DNA of 57,467 bases, the filler included, from Platydemus manokwari (Eukaryota): assembly GCA_037951405.1 (NCBI GenBank). It is 5 parts of 5 records of this genome, joined end to end, with 100 filler letters (N's around TTAATTAATTAA, not from the genome) between each part and the next. Parts side by side here need not be neighbours in the genome. Positions count along the whole stretch, not along the records: positions 1 to 10,748 come from JBBMOY011108553.1; positions 10,849 to 23,672 come from JBBMOY011953604.1; 3 more parts are not named here. One strand, written 5' to 3'. This document shows positions 1 through 11,240 of the stretch, piece after piece. Position numbers and translations under genes: made by a program. Within the stretch, counting starts at the first letter, position 1. Each line of letters opens with the position of its first letter. The notes beneath the pieces are model-generated. The model made no database searches. It had not been told where the DNA came from and was given only the letters and a program-made list of their open reading frames with translations.

Positions 1-49
1 CGTGGCTGACCAGAATAAACTGGAAACAGCATTAGCCGCAAAACTGTAA
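1..49 (+). CDS. tal: Transaldolase, C-terminal 15 codons (bacterial, partial)
   Basis: Frame from nt 2 reads VADQNKLETALAAKL* (TAA 47-49), resembling the TalB-type C-terminus (F-x-x-D-Q-x-K-L-E). tal upstream of hps is the known RuMP cluster order in Methylophilaceae. Confidence 0.75.
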   Translation, partial: VADQNKLETALAAKL

Positions 50-71
50 TATCAGTATGAGATGATGAGAG

Positions 72-102
72 AACGGGCAGGGACCTGCCCGTTTTTGATT
101 TT
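72..102 (+). terminator. Rho-independent terminator after tal
   Basis: 9-bp stem AACGGGCAG (72-80) / CTGCCCGTT (85-93), GGAC loop, followed by TTTGATTTT. Confidence 0.85.
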
Positions 103-130
103 ATATTCAGGCATAATTTGGCCTGTTACA

Positions 131-159
131 TTGACTTATTTTGGCTGCCGGCTTACTAT
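131..159 (+). promoter_or_regulatory. Sigma70 promoter for hps
   Basis: TTGACT (131-136), exactly 17 nt spacer, TACTAT (154-159). Lies between the terminator and hps. Confidence 0.8.
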
Positions 160-217
160 TAGCGACCAGCTTGAATTGGTAGTACGCTAGAAATAGCATT
201 TAGAAACTTAAATATTT

Positions 218-221
218 GGAG
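218..221 (+). promoter_or_regulatory. Shine-Dalgarno site of hps
   Basis: GGAG 6 nt upstream of ATG 228. Confidence 0.8.
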
Positions 222-227
222 AAAAAC

Positions 228-860
228 ATGGCATTAACTCAAATGGCATTAGACTCATTGGATTTTGACGCAACTATCGCTTTGGCAGAAAAAGTTGCTC
301 CGCACGTTGACATTCTGGAAATCGGTACACCATGCATCAAGCACAACGGTATCAAATTGCTGGAAACACTGCGCGCTAAATTCCCAAACAACAAAATCCT
401 GGTTGACTTGAAAACTATGGATGCTGGTGAGTACGAGTCTGAGCCATTCTACAAAGCTGGTGCTGACATCGCTGTTGTATTGGGCGTATCTGACATCGGT
501 ACAATCAAAGGCGTAATCAAAGCTGCAAACAAATACGGCAAAAAAGCTCAAGTTGACCTGATCAGCGTTGAAGACAAAGTTGCTAAAACTAAAGAAGTTG
601 TTGCTGCTGGTGCACACATCATCGGTATCCACACTGGTTTGGACCAACAAGCTGCTGGTCAAACTCCTTTCGCTGACTTGGCAGCGATCGCAGGTTTGAA
701 CCTGGGTGTTGACATCTCTGTTGCTGGTGGCGTTAAAGCTGCTACAGCTGCTCAAGTACGTGACGCTGGCGCGACTATCATCGTTGCTGGTGCTGCTATC
801 TACGGCGCTGCTGATCCAGCTGCTTCTGCTGCTGAAATCACTGCTATCGCTCACGGTTAA
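228..860 (+). CDS. hxlA: 3-hexulose-6-phosphate synthase (HPS/RmpA; RuMP formaldehyde fixation), 210 aa, Methylophilaceae-like
   Basis: MALTQMALDSLDFDATIALAEKVAPHVDILEIGTP...DLKTMDAG...HTGLDQQ...VAGG...AGAAIYGA are HPS/OMPDC-like barrel motifs. The MALTQMALDSLD N-terminus matches RmpA of obligate betaproteobacterial methylotrophs as I recall it. Intronless, with codon bias of a highly expressed bacterial gene. The true start is ATG 228 (behind the SD), not TTG 216. Confidence 0.96.
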   Translation: MALTQMALDSLDFDATIALAEKVAPHVDILEIGTPCIKHNGIKLLETLRAKFPNNKILVDLKTMDAGEYESEPFYKAGADIAVVLGVSDIGTIKGVIKAANKYGKKAQVDLISVEDKVAKTKEVVAAGAHIIGIHTGLDQQAAGQTPFADLAAIAGLNLGVDISVAGGVKAATAAQVRDAGATIIVAGAAIYGAADPAASAAEITAIAHG

Positions 861-2976
861 TTTATTAACTATCAATACGCGATGAGATCTCGCGCACTAA
901 CAGACAAATAAATTATCATCTGTTTCGGAGCATGAAAATTCTATAGCAGAATAAAATATATGACTCGATTAAAATAGGTTTTTTCTCTGTCTAATAAATT
1001 TATTCAGAGAGAATTTCTCTCACCAGTGAATAAATTCTATCGATAAAATAATAAATATTCACTGGCATTAAATTTAATCGCAGACAATATCTGCAAGTGA
1101 TTCACTACCTATATAAGGCAGTGATTTCAATCAACACTGCCATTATTTTTCACGGACATAATTTTTCGACACAATTAGACACAATGTTAGTGCCATTATT
1201 TTCACTGCCACGATTCCATAGACGACGTTACATCAAGTGAAGAAAAACCATCATTCAAATTTCTATTCGACGCACTGAAGAAGATCATCAGGTGCTGGAG
1301 ACTAATTTTCCTGTATATGCCCGGCATTTGCTGGAAGACCCAAAGTAAGACCGTACCTGTAAAATACTAATCTATATTATATACTGTATTTTGTATTTCA
1401 TACTATAGAGGTTGTTGCTCAAAAATCTTTGGTAATCGGTTTTAATCCAAGAGAAGGACGTATAAACCGCTATCATCTTGAAATTATTAGCAATCTTTAA
1501 AAAATCTTTTTGTATAGTATAATTTTAACATCAATTTTTAGTATATTTATTTTATGTTTGTTAATTAGTATTGGTGTCATATTTAATAAATATTTGTAGC
1601 ATTAAAGTCTTAGTTTTTCCTAATTATTGTAGAAGAAAATATAGTTAATAGTTTAAATAGGGTTAATTATTTTTGAGAATGATAATTAAGTAAATTAAAC
1701 GTATCACTACTGCAACATCTATAGTCATCATACAATAAGGCTGTGCTAGATGAAAGAACAACAATATAAGGTAGATTCCACCTATGGCCTTAATCAAGAA
1801 CTCATAGAGACTGATTAAGTCAGTAGTGGTATCAAATAGGATTAAGTTTAGTAACACAAATAATTCAATAAGGCCCGGACGTAACATTTAAATAGTTTTT
1901 GGTGTCTTGACTTTTCAGTTCATTTTTAATGTGTGGTTTTTAACACAGTTCATTTAATTTTAACATCGAGTAATTTAGGTATTTGGGTTTTAATATCGCT
2001 GGGTAAAACCCTATAATAAATAAATAATAAATTAAACATATTGAATTTTTTCCAAATTTTATTAAGTCTTCCTCCGAATAAAGAATATTGTTTTATCTAG
2101 AAATAGAAATCAAAGAATATAAATATATAATTAACTTAATCAAGTTGCTAGATATAGTAACCACATTAAAACAATAGCAATAATAAATACTAATACTAGT
2201 ATAAAACATAAAATAGAGCAAAAATTAATTAAATAAAACAATATAAATGCACACACAATTTTCATTTGAGCAGACATAAGATATGGCCGAATTTTTTTCT
2301 TACTCAATTATAATAAATTACAATTCACAAGACATTCAAAGAACTACCAGATACCTAAATCGAATTATAAAAGTCAAGAACAAATTGACCAGAGTGCTAT
2401 CACCCCTGAGCTCGTACAAACAAGCGAATAGAAAACTATAGCTTCTTTCGTTTCATAAATTTATCGGACCAGATCAGAGCAAACTCTAAAATATGTTTAA
2501 AAATATTGTTGACTGGTATTATAATGTTTCTATTGATGGATACCATACTATATATAATCATAATTTATTTGTTTTATATTCATATTTTACAATTATTAAT
2601 ATGAATTAAAAATTTTCCTCTGAGTCAACATTGTTAATGGGTACATGTTTCTATTCAATAATCAGCAAACATTCCAATTTGATCTTACAATTACTAAATG
2701 TTTCTGTTAATTGATTTTATAATCCAAAAAATAATAAATATATTTTGTTAAAGATAATTTTTGATAAACAAGTAATTTTTAATTGAAAAATGGAGGAACT
2801 TGTATATTATTTTTAGTAATTATAGAATATTTACTGATGATAATTGCACGAACCATATATCTAAACAAAACTTTGTTATATAAACATCAACAAAGCAGTG
2901 GTCTTTGCCATTTTAAGAATGTATTGAAGCTAGAACTACAACAAAGTATAAAAGATAAATTCTATTTTTGAAAATA

Positions 2977-3723
2977 CAGTCAACTCAGTTCAAAATGAAC
3001 ACTAGCGTTCCATATACGAACAGAGGTTGAATGAGAGATAACGTATTTAGTGGGAAAAAGAATAATTCGATTTAGGTTTCATAATAATTCTTTTCGATGA
3101 TATCATACATGCTTGGAAAGAAAAGAATTAAGCGAACCATTCGATGCTTTAAAATCATAATTTCCTAAGTATTTTTCCAATTCTAATGCTTTTTGTTGTA
3201 ATATATCACCACTCACACTGATATTTCTTGTTCTCTGGACCTGAAACCATTTATATAAAATGGCATCAACTTGATATTCACTACGTAAATATGTTTTTCG
3301 TTATTGTATGGTATTCAAAATTTGAATTCAAAATGGAGTCTTTAGATTTCATTAAATTGCTTATACAGCCCAATGAAAGATCATATTTTGATGAAAGAAA
3401 GCGTTGAGAACAACGCTTATCTTCATCGAGTAATTTTAACGATTTCTGTTTCTCTTCGATAATTAAATACTTTCTCTTTCGTTTGGAATTTGTGTTTTTC
3501 ATGTTCATAAAGGACAGTTAAAAATTACATATTTAAACAAAAATTGCATAATTTATTGATTTATTTTGAACTAATTTTTGTTCATTGTTTAAAATAAACA
3601 GTGTTCGTATTATGAAACATAATTTCCTATGAAAACCATCTGATTTCCAATAATTTTCGACTTAAATGTTCACATTAAACTATGTTCATATTAAAGAAGC
3701 TTCATATTGAACACGGTTGACAG
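2977..3723 (-). mobile_element. Tigger/pogo-like DNA transposon, internally deleted, keeping a frameshifted CENP-B-type HTH region
   Basis: TIRs CAGTCAACTCAGTTCAAAATGAA (2977-2999, preceded by TA) and 3701-3723, 18/23 identical. ORF 3508-3281 (KRKRKYLIIEEK...LSSKYDLSLGCISNLMK) continues after a frameshift as EYQVDAILYKWFQVQRTRNISVSGDILQQKALEL...FKASNG (HTH_Tnp_Tc5 signature). No DDE domain. Confidence 0.85.
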
Positions 3724-4644
3724 CATACAGTTAATTTAACAGTGTGTTGTAATGGTACTTCTGCCATTGAAATAAAAGTTACTTAGAACTACAGATACAC
3801 ATTGAAGAAATGGAGTAAGAGGAAATTATTTGAAAAATTGATAATTATTTGGGAGTTATCATTATTGTGATATCTGAAAAGCTCTATACTGTAATAACAA
3901 ATATCTTGATAGTCAAAAGTGCTCGTTATTTTCACTATGAACCAAGGTAAGATAAGAATTATGGTCAGCAAAGAACTGAACCAGATTAACAATAACAAAA
4001 ATAGCAATCATATTTTTATTCGTCAACTGTAATTTTATTTTTTTAAAACGATTTTGGATATCTTACTGTTAGTGAAACAATGCTTATTATATTTCTTATC
4101 ATTGCAGTTTGATAGGTTAATACTTGAAATTTTTATATGATTTATTAATTAAAATAGGAGATCAAAAATATTTCGAAATATTAATTTTTAATATTGTGTT
4201 AGAAACAGAGTTCAAATCTTCATTAAAATTATAATTTAATTAATCTATACAACCAAAGTTATTAATTACACCGATAGATGTTTTTTGATTTTAAAAACCA
4301 ATTATTATAAGTAATAAATGTTATCATTGTATAATTGAAAAATATTTATTTGATAACGATGGGTATTAACAAGGCTTTCCCGATGATTGGTGAGTAATAA
4401 AATAAATTAAATTTTTATTGTGAAAATGTTGCCCAATATCCCACAAGTAAACATGTGTTTCATAATTCCGTGTTCTCACGATCATTTATTTTCTAATTGC
4501 GTCCCTAATTGATCCGGATTAATAGTTGATCAATAGGAGACATTCAACTGAGTCACAGTAATAGAACAAGGAAACATTTCCGAAGCGAATATCAATCAAA
4601 ACATTCATAAATATGTTGTTTGCACGCAATGTGAATTTTTTTCC

Positions 4645-4680
4645 TATAAATTCCCAGTCACTGTTATTCAATCATCAGTC
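4645..4680 (+). promoter_or_regulatory. TATA box plus Inr core promoter of the CAP gene
   Basis: TATAAA 4645-4650 and TCAGTC 4675-4680 at canonical ~30-nt spacing, directly before ATG 4681. Confidence 0.55.
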
Positions 4681-5695
4681 ATGAAAATGTTGATTGTATT
4701 GATTGTTTTCAATCTCTCGATTCTATATCGATGTGAAGGTTCTCTGACGACAGCTCAACAGAAAGAACTTCTCAATATTCATAACAACTTAAGACGTCAA
4801 GTAGCCCTCGGAAAATTAAAAGGTCATCCAGCGGCTGCAGACATGTTGGAAATGGTTGATTTTTAATTTCATTTTTAAATATAACTTGACAAAATAAAAA
4901 TTGAATGAATTAAATTCCATAATATAGTTTAAAATAATTGACAAAATATTGATAATCAATATTTTGATTTGATTTGAATTTATGTATTTTAGAAATGGAG
5001 TAGCGAATCTGCTGCCATAGCTCAAAGAACAGCGGACCAATGTAAATTTAATCATGATAGTTATGCCAATCGTAAATATGGATCATTCAAATTTGTTGGA
5101 CAAAACATCGCTTCATTTTCCAGCAGCAATATATCCTCGTATTATAATTTTATATTTATAATTAAATTATTATAGTTATTTATATAATGATCACTTTAAT
5201 AATTATTTTATTTCATATAATGAAGTATTATAATAACGTTAGTATAAATGTAAACATTATTTATATATTATTAATATAATTTGAAAGATTTGATTTGATT
5301 TTTAATTAGTGGTGTACAAATGTGGTTTGATGAATTCAAAGATTTTAACTTAAATGATAATTCGTGTCGATCAGTTTGTGGTCATTATACTCAGGTATTA
5401 AAGTTATGATATCAATAATTTGTCAATCGACAACAATTTCAATAGGTTGTATGGGCTAAATCGAACGAACTCGGATGTGGAATGTCTAAATGTACACAAG
5501 ACGACTGGGATATGACATATTTATTCTGTAACTATGCTACTGCGTAAGAGATGGTTCAATGATATTTTATAAAATTATATTTAACGAAATATTTATTGTA
5601 GGGGTAACTTTAATTCAGAAAAACCATACCAATCTGGATCGGCATGTTCTAAATGTCCTGCAAAAACGAAATGTTCTAACGGACTTTGCAGATGA
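4681..5695 (+). CDS. Secreted CAP/SCP/TAPS (venom-allergen-like, PI16/GLIPR-like) protein, 198 aa, 5 exons
   Basis: Exons 4681-4854, 4993-5138, 5310-5394, 5446-5543, 5602-5695; all GT-AG and phase-consistent. Signal peptide, HNNLR, GQNI, WFDE, CGHYTQVVW, GCG, FCNYATAGNF, and a C-terminal Cys-rich hinge (CSKCP..CSNGLC). Confidence 0.93.
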
Positions 5696-7727
5696 TGTTA
5701 ATGAATAATGTTGATGAAAATATATAATGAATGAGCATTTGTTGAATATTGATTTTTATTTATGTTAATTGGAATATATAATTTATAATTTTAAGTAATA
5801 TTAATGATGATAATAATAATATATAAACATACAAACCTGTTATGTATAAGATCAATAACGATAATATCAGTATTTATAATTAATAATAATAAAATCAATA
5901 GCGATACTATTAATATTTATAAATGAATATTACAAGTGAATATTTATGTTAACATAAAGTACTGAATTGTCTTCGACTTTGCGATAACGCATGTCAAACC
6001 AAAATGAAATTCGATAATTATCAATATCATTTGAAAATATTATGATTCTATTAATATTCAAAGTAAAATTCAAAGAAATTATATAAGTTATATATAATAG
6101 TACAAATTGATTAGTATGAATTTAACACTCATTTAGGTGCAAGAGGTTGATGGAATCCTCTTTCTTAATAGCAGTGTCCAATACAGAAAGTTGTCGAGAA
6201 ATAGGGCTCTTTGTCATCATGAAATCCTTGTTTTGATATTTTCCATGCATAAATATCAATATAATCAGTACAGACCAACAGTTTTTATTTGATAAAGTGC
6301 AGCTTTATACTACGACAAATATACTGGAATTGACCAGTAATAACTGACATAAGTTGATAACAACAATCAGTACTATCCAAATCAAACCATCGAATAGAAG
6401 TTGAGCACAAGAAAACTCTAATATAACTAGTTACGACAACTCATTTGATATTCAACAACTGTATTTATGAGTTTGGAATTATATAGAAATCCAAACACAT
6501 TTGTTTTAAACTCATCGTCAATTGTATTATAGCCTATAGCATTATTAGTATCATTTAAATTATTCATATACTTCAATTTTCGTAATTATATCTATTTTTC
6601 TCCAATAAAGTGCCTGGTAAATAAGTCAAAGAAAAAATTTACATGGTATGGAAAGTGATTAAATAAATGTTCGTTAAATGAACTTAAAATCTGAACATAA
6701 AATTGAAAAATTAATACCAGGACTGATGCTGGAACAAATGAATATTTCCTGCCACTTTTTTTTTAACTTCCTAACTATTTTATAATATGTAGCAGTTGAA
6801 TGGATTTGAAATTCTTGATTAATCTCTGATATTTAGTTATTTGAGTTTACTAAATTGATTTTCTCCTTAACATATTGTTTGAGATTTTGTCGGATTTTCT
6901 TAAAATTCACAAATAAAGGCTAAATTATGAAATAATTTGAAAATATTTTCCTTTTTCCTTTTTTTACCTGTTTTTCAAAATATTTCAGAGTTAAAGATTG
7001 AGTTAAAAGCTAAATCATAAAATTTTTATTTATTTCTGCCTTAATTAAGGATCTCAGTAATTAAGATCTGTGCAAAACTTTGAGATTTTATTGTTTTTTG
7101 GAACAGAAAAACATTATTTTCCAATACCAGAGAATATTTTGTTGTTCAAAAATTTATAATTGTGAAATCGACGTAATAAAACGATAGAAATTATAACCAA
7201 ACAAATAACGAAAGGAAGTCAAACCTAAAATTTGAATTTGTTTCGGAAATTGATATTTCACTTCCCATTCACATTTGCTATTATGAATTTTTGATTTGTT
7301 CCATTATATTAGTGTTATGAATTGCATTAAAATCGTAAAGTGCAATCAACGAAATTTTCAAAACTTGTTTTACAATGGCTTCCTAAATTTCGAGAATGTA
7401 GATAGAAAATAAAAACGATTAATTATTTCAGCAGTTTTATAATTCTAATAATTTAGTATTAAAATGAAAGTACTTTTTAAAAGCAGAATAATAGATTTAG
7501 TGTGAGACAATAGTTAGGAGAGGTGGCAATACCTTTATACGATCGTTAGAAGTGCAGGTCAGTGACTGACCTACAAATCTAACAAACGCTCTGATGAATG
7601 TTCGACTTGTATATATATCCATGAGTGAGTCATTACTAATATCTATGAATATTTTCCTGCTCTCGTCATGCAATTTGAAATTGTAAATTGACCATAACTC
7701 CTTTGCATTTTAACTTTTATCTTAAAA

Positions 7728-7870
7728 ATGGAAGACAAAGCTCAGCTACTGAACAGAAATTTTAAAAAGTCTTCCTTATAACCGACGTAACATCATTTAT
7801 TGGGCTACAGAAAATCCACATCAAGAAATTGAGATAGATGTAACGGTTTGGGTTCCTATCTGTTGTAATA
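7728..7870 (+). mobile_element. Tc1/mariner (rosa/DD41D-like) transposase fragment
   Basis: 7780-7866 reads NRRNIIYWATENPH...VTVW, the N-x2-N-x2-YWA-x-ENP / V-x-VW signature of this family. Confidence 0.6.
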
Positions 7871-8882
7871 CGTTTTTTTCACAAGCGAGTCATACAACAC
7901 AATTTTGAGCGATTTGATATTTGCCTCATATTTAATATCTTTTGCCTATTTTTCTGATATGAATATTTAAATATGGATGTATAAATCTCAATATCAATTC
8001 ATTCATTCCTAAGTTTTCATAAGTTTAAAATATTGGCACCAATTTCAGCTGCACTTCGTAATTGAGTGACGTCGGCTTTAATGACACAGTAAATACAATA
8101 TTAATATTTATTTATTGAATTTTCGTTCCCACTGTTTTTGTTATAAATATATCGTGGATAATGAAAACCAGTTATAAACATTTTTTTTCATCACTATTAT
8201 CATCGATAGATGACAATACTCGGTAGCTTGTGTAATCATTCGAGTAGGCTTGAATTTATCTAATGTAAATATTTGACAATTAAATTTAAAAAAGAACTTC
8301 ATGAATAAAATCTATGTTTGAATTCAATCAAATCATAAAGCAATGAATTAGACGAATAAAATTGTTATATTGGTGAATTGAATGATCAACTTATCAAATA
8401 AAGTCGGTAAGAATGAAAATTTATTTCCGGTGAATTATTGAAAGGCATATCCAGTGAAAGAAACACGACTATTCCATTTCATAGTTTAAGTGACACACGG
8501 CACCAACTTAATTCACAATTGTTTAATTTAAACAAGAATCAAAGCTGTTGGATGCCGATAGTTTTGTTGTCAATGCTGTTTATCAAGTTTATTTGCATTC
8601 TGTATTTATCCGTTGAAAGTTTTATGTTGAATAATATTAATCACTAGAAAAATTGTGACTTTGATATTTATTAATTTTGAAATTCATTAAGTTTTTGAGG
8701 CACAATCAATTACGAAAAATATCCACTATTCATTCGATCATTAAGTTGATTTTTGATACTTTTCGCCATTCGTTAAAAAGTATTCGAAATAATAATAATA
8801 TCAATAACAACAACATCAATAATAATTATAGTAATAATAATAATAAAGATCAATGAATCAATGTTCAGATGTTGAAAATTAA

Positions 8883-10120
8883 ATGGCAGTTTGTGAATCA
8901 AAAGCTGGAAAGAGAATAGTGTAATAATGTTTTATTCTAAAATATGTTAAGTATAAAGAAAACTATCCAAATATCGCCAAAGAACCCTAAAAATCTTTTT
9001 CGAATCGAAAGCATATACACACAATCAATCAGCCAATCAAAGGTGAGATAAATTCCAAATATTCACGACGAATACATCACTAGACTTAAAGCAATATATC
9101 CAAAAACACGAAGACTCAATTAAAATCTTCTTAATAGGAAAATATAAATTACTGATAAAAATGAAACAATCCTCAACCTGTTGATATAAATTATTTTGTG
9201 CAAACAGTGTCAATTCAGTGTGACTTAATATTTGGAACGAGCACCATATTTTGTGATCTTGGTTATTATAAAAAAAGCCTACCTTGTCTGTTTACAACAA
9301 AATCAATCACTGATAATATTTTTTAAGTCATGTCACCGTTGGGTGAAGGTTCCCCCTTTATCTCATACACTGAATGATTAATTTCCTATTGGCTTCAAGT
9401 ACTAATTTATGTTTACTTCCCTAATTTAAAATGAAAGCCAGAATTAGTGAAAAAGTTTGTTCTTTGTTTATAAAATTTTATCACAAATATTGGCCAAGTA
9501 TTGAACTAGCTTTGTGATCATCAAATCTGCTTTTTAATTTCGTTTATACTTTAATATATGTGTGCCATTAACCATATGTGATTTTGTCATGTATTCTCCA
9601 TAGGTGTTCAATTTGTCGACTTATTTGAATAAATTATTTTATTATTTTTTCAAAAGATAAAAGATCATTTTCGAATTGATCAAACCATTGTAGTTATTTA
9701 CTTAGTTTATTCATCAATTGAAAAGCGAGATCATGTATAATGCAATTGATTTTGTGATTTTTCTTACTTATTCTTTCATTTTGTTTTCCTGTTTAATATA
9801 AAAATATCTTTCATGAGATTTTTATTTAATGTAGCTCTGTTCTGTCGAATGTATCAAAAGGTATGCACAGTGGTAGGCAATACAAATTATCTTAGGAGCA
9901 AACCACAGGCTTCTAAATCAACACTTATCGATGTATGTCAAACAGAAAAGAAAGAACTATCAGATGAGCCAATGGTAGTGAAGAATGAAGGAAAACCTCA
10001 AATTAAAATCTTGAATAAACAAAAAAACGATGCACAGGGTATTAATCGAACCACACACAAATTAGCACCAAATAACTAGTAAGTTCTTGGCAGTAACTGT
10101 CATATTTTTATAGTCGGTAA
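8883..10120 (+). CDS. Putative small Lys-rich protein of unknown function (~114 aa); tentative model
   Basis: Phase-consistent GT-AG chain 8883-8920, 8952-9042, 9835-9860, 9896-10078, 10114-10120, with good donors GTGAGA, GTATGC and GTAAGT. It needs 31-35 nt introns and no homology is recognised. Confidence 0.3.
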
Positions 10121-10550
10121 CTTTCTGCATATATTCGTCTTTCGGGTGTAAGCTCACTATGATTCGATTTAGTGAATTCGAATTGCGGAAGAATTTTGTG
10201 ATTACAATTGGTTGAGTGTGATCATTTTGAGTTATTATTTTTGGTCAAAATACAACTTTGCATGTTTTAATTAATTAATAATCTATCAGTGTCTTTGTTT
10301 CGATTTATTTTTTATAATGAATTATTACTGTCACGACAGACAAAGGTAATAATTCCCTGTGTAAACATTAAACAAATATTATTAATAAATATCACATTCT
10401 TCCACATATTTATAGATCAATCCATAACATTACATATTTTTTCGAAATATTTCTGATTTGGAATATCGTAATTAGAATCTTACTGTTTATTTATTCGGAA
10501 AGGCCTAAATAACGAGAAATGAATTACAATTGTGCTAATATTGTATTTAA

Positions 10551-10748
10551 GGCTTAAGTTAAGAAAAAGAGTCCTTTGACCTACTTTCATTATAATGAAT
10601 TTTCGAGCATGAGATAAATTTATAACCTAATTTTATATATCACTATGTTTAATTTATTCGTATAATTCAATTAATATTTCAATTTTTAAGATGTTTAATA
10701 GTGACTTAACATAGTTTTAAAGCCTAGTTCCCACTCCATTCACAACAT
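10551..10748 (+). mobile_element. Left end of a second copy of the Merlin-like MITE, cut by the contig end
   Basis: Begins GGCTTAAGTTAAGAAAAAGAG and aligns over ~200 nt with 43395-43595. Confidence 0.8.
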
Positions 10749-10848
10749 NNNNNNNNNNNNNNNNNNNNNNNNNNNNNNNNNNNNNNNNNNNNTTAATTAA
10801 TTAANNNNNNNNNNNNNNNNNNNNNNNNNNNNNNNNNNNNNNNNNNNN
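10749..10848. other. Artificial contig linker N44-TTAATTAATTAA-N44
   Basis: Identical 100-nt spacer with stop codons in all six frames; occurs four times in the window. Confidence 0.97.
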
Positions 10849-11240
10849 TAATTGCTGTAATAGATTATAATCTATTACAGCAATTACTGGGTTAACTATA
10901 TTCTTACTCTACTTTGAAAAATTTTGTTATCAAAATCAATGATGTCCCGTTTACATCAACTTATGAAAAAGATCCCGACTTATGTGTTTGTTATTTAAAT
11001 TTTTCGGTGATGTCAAGGAATCTGAAGCCAAATGAGTCTTTCGTGGGAGTCTTCACCTTGGCGTAAAAGAAAACTAGAAAATCAAAAAATCATTAGCTTG
11101 GACCAAAATTCGGGACAGCTGCCTTCAAAGGAATGAAACTATAGAAAGCCATTGAATCATACAAAATAAAAATGATGTAATGGATATCCCTCCAATATTT
11201 GTGTTTAATAAATATTTGAATTTTTATTTTTAATTATTTT

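Noticed and set aside
216-227. TTG start for hps in the ORF track
   Set aside because: The SD GGAG lies inside this extension and homologues begin MALTQ, so ATG 228 is the start.
255-875. 206-aa antisense ORF over hps
   Set aside because: Shadow ORF caused by the codon bias of hps; Ser-rich with no motifs and no RBS.
1426-1448. miR-9-like TCTTTGGT seed (and a bantam-like TGAGATCA near 35685)
   Set aside because: Only the seed matches; no convincing precursor hairpin or 3' similarity.
10793-10804. TTAATTAATTAA as a biological repeat or CRISPR-like unit
   Set aside because: Always flanked by exactly 44 N on each side; it is a synthetic linker.
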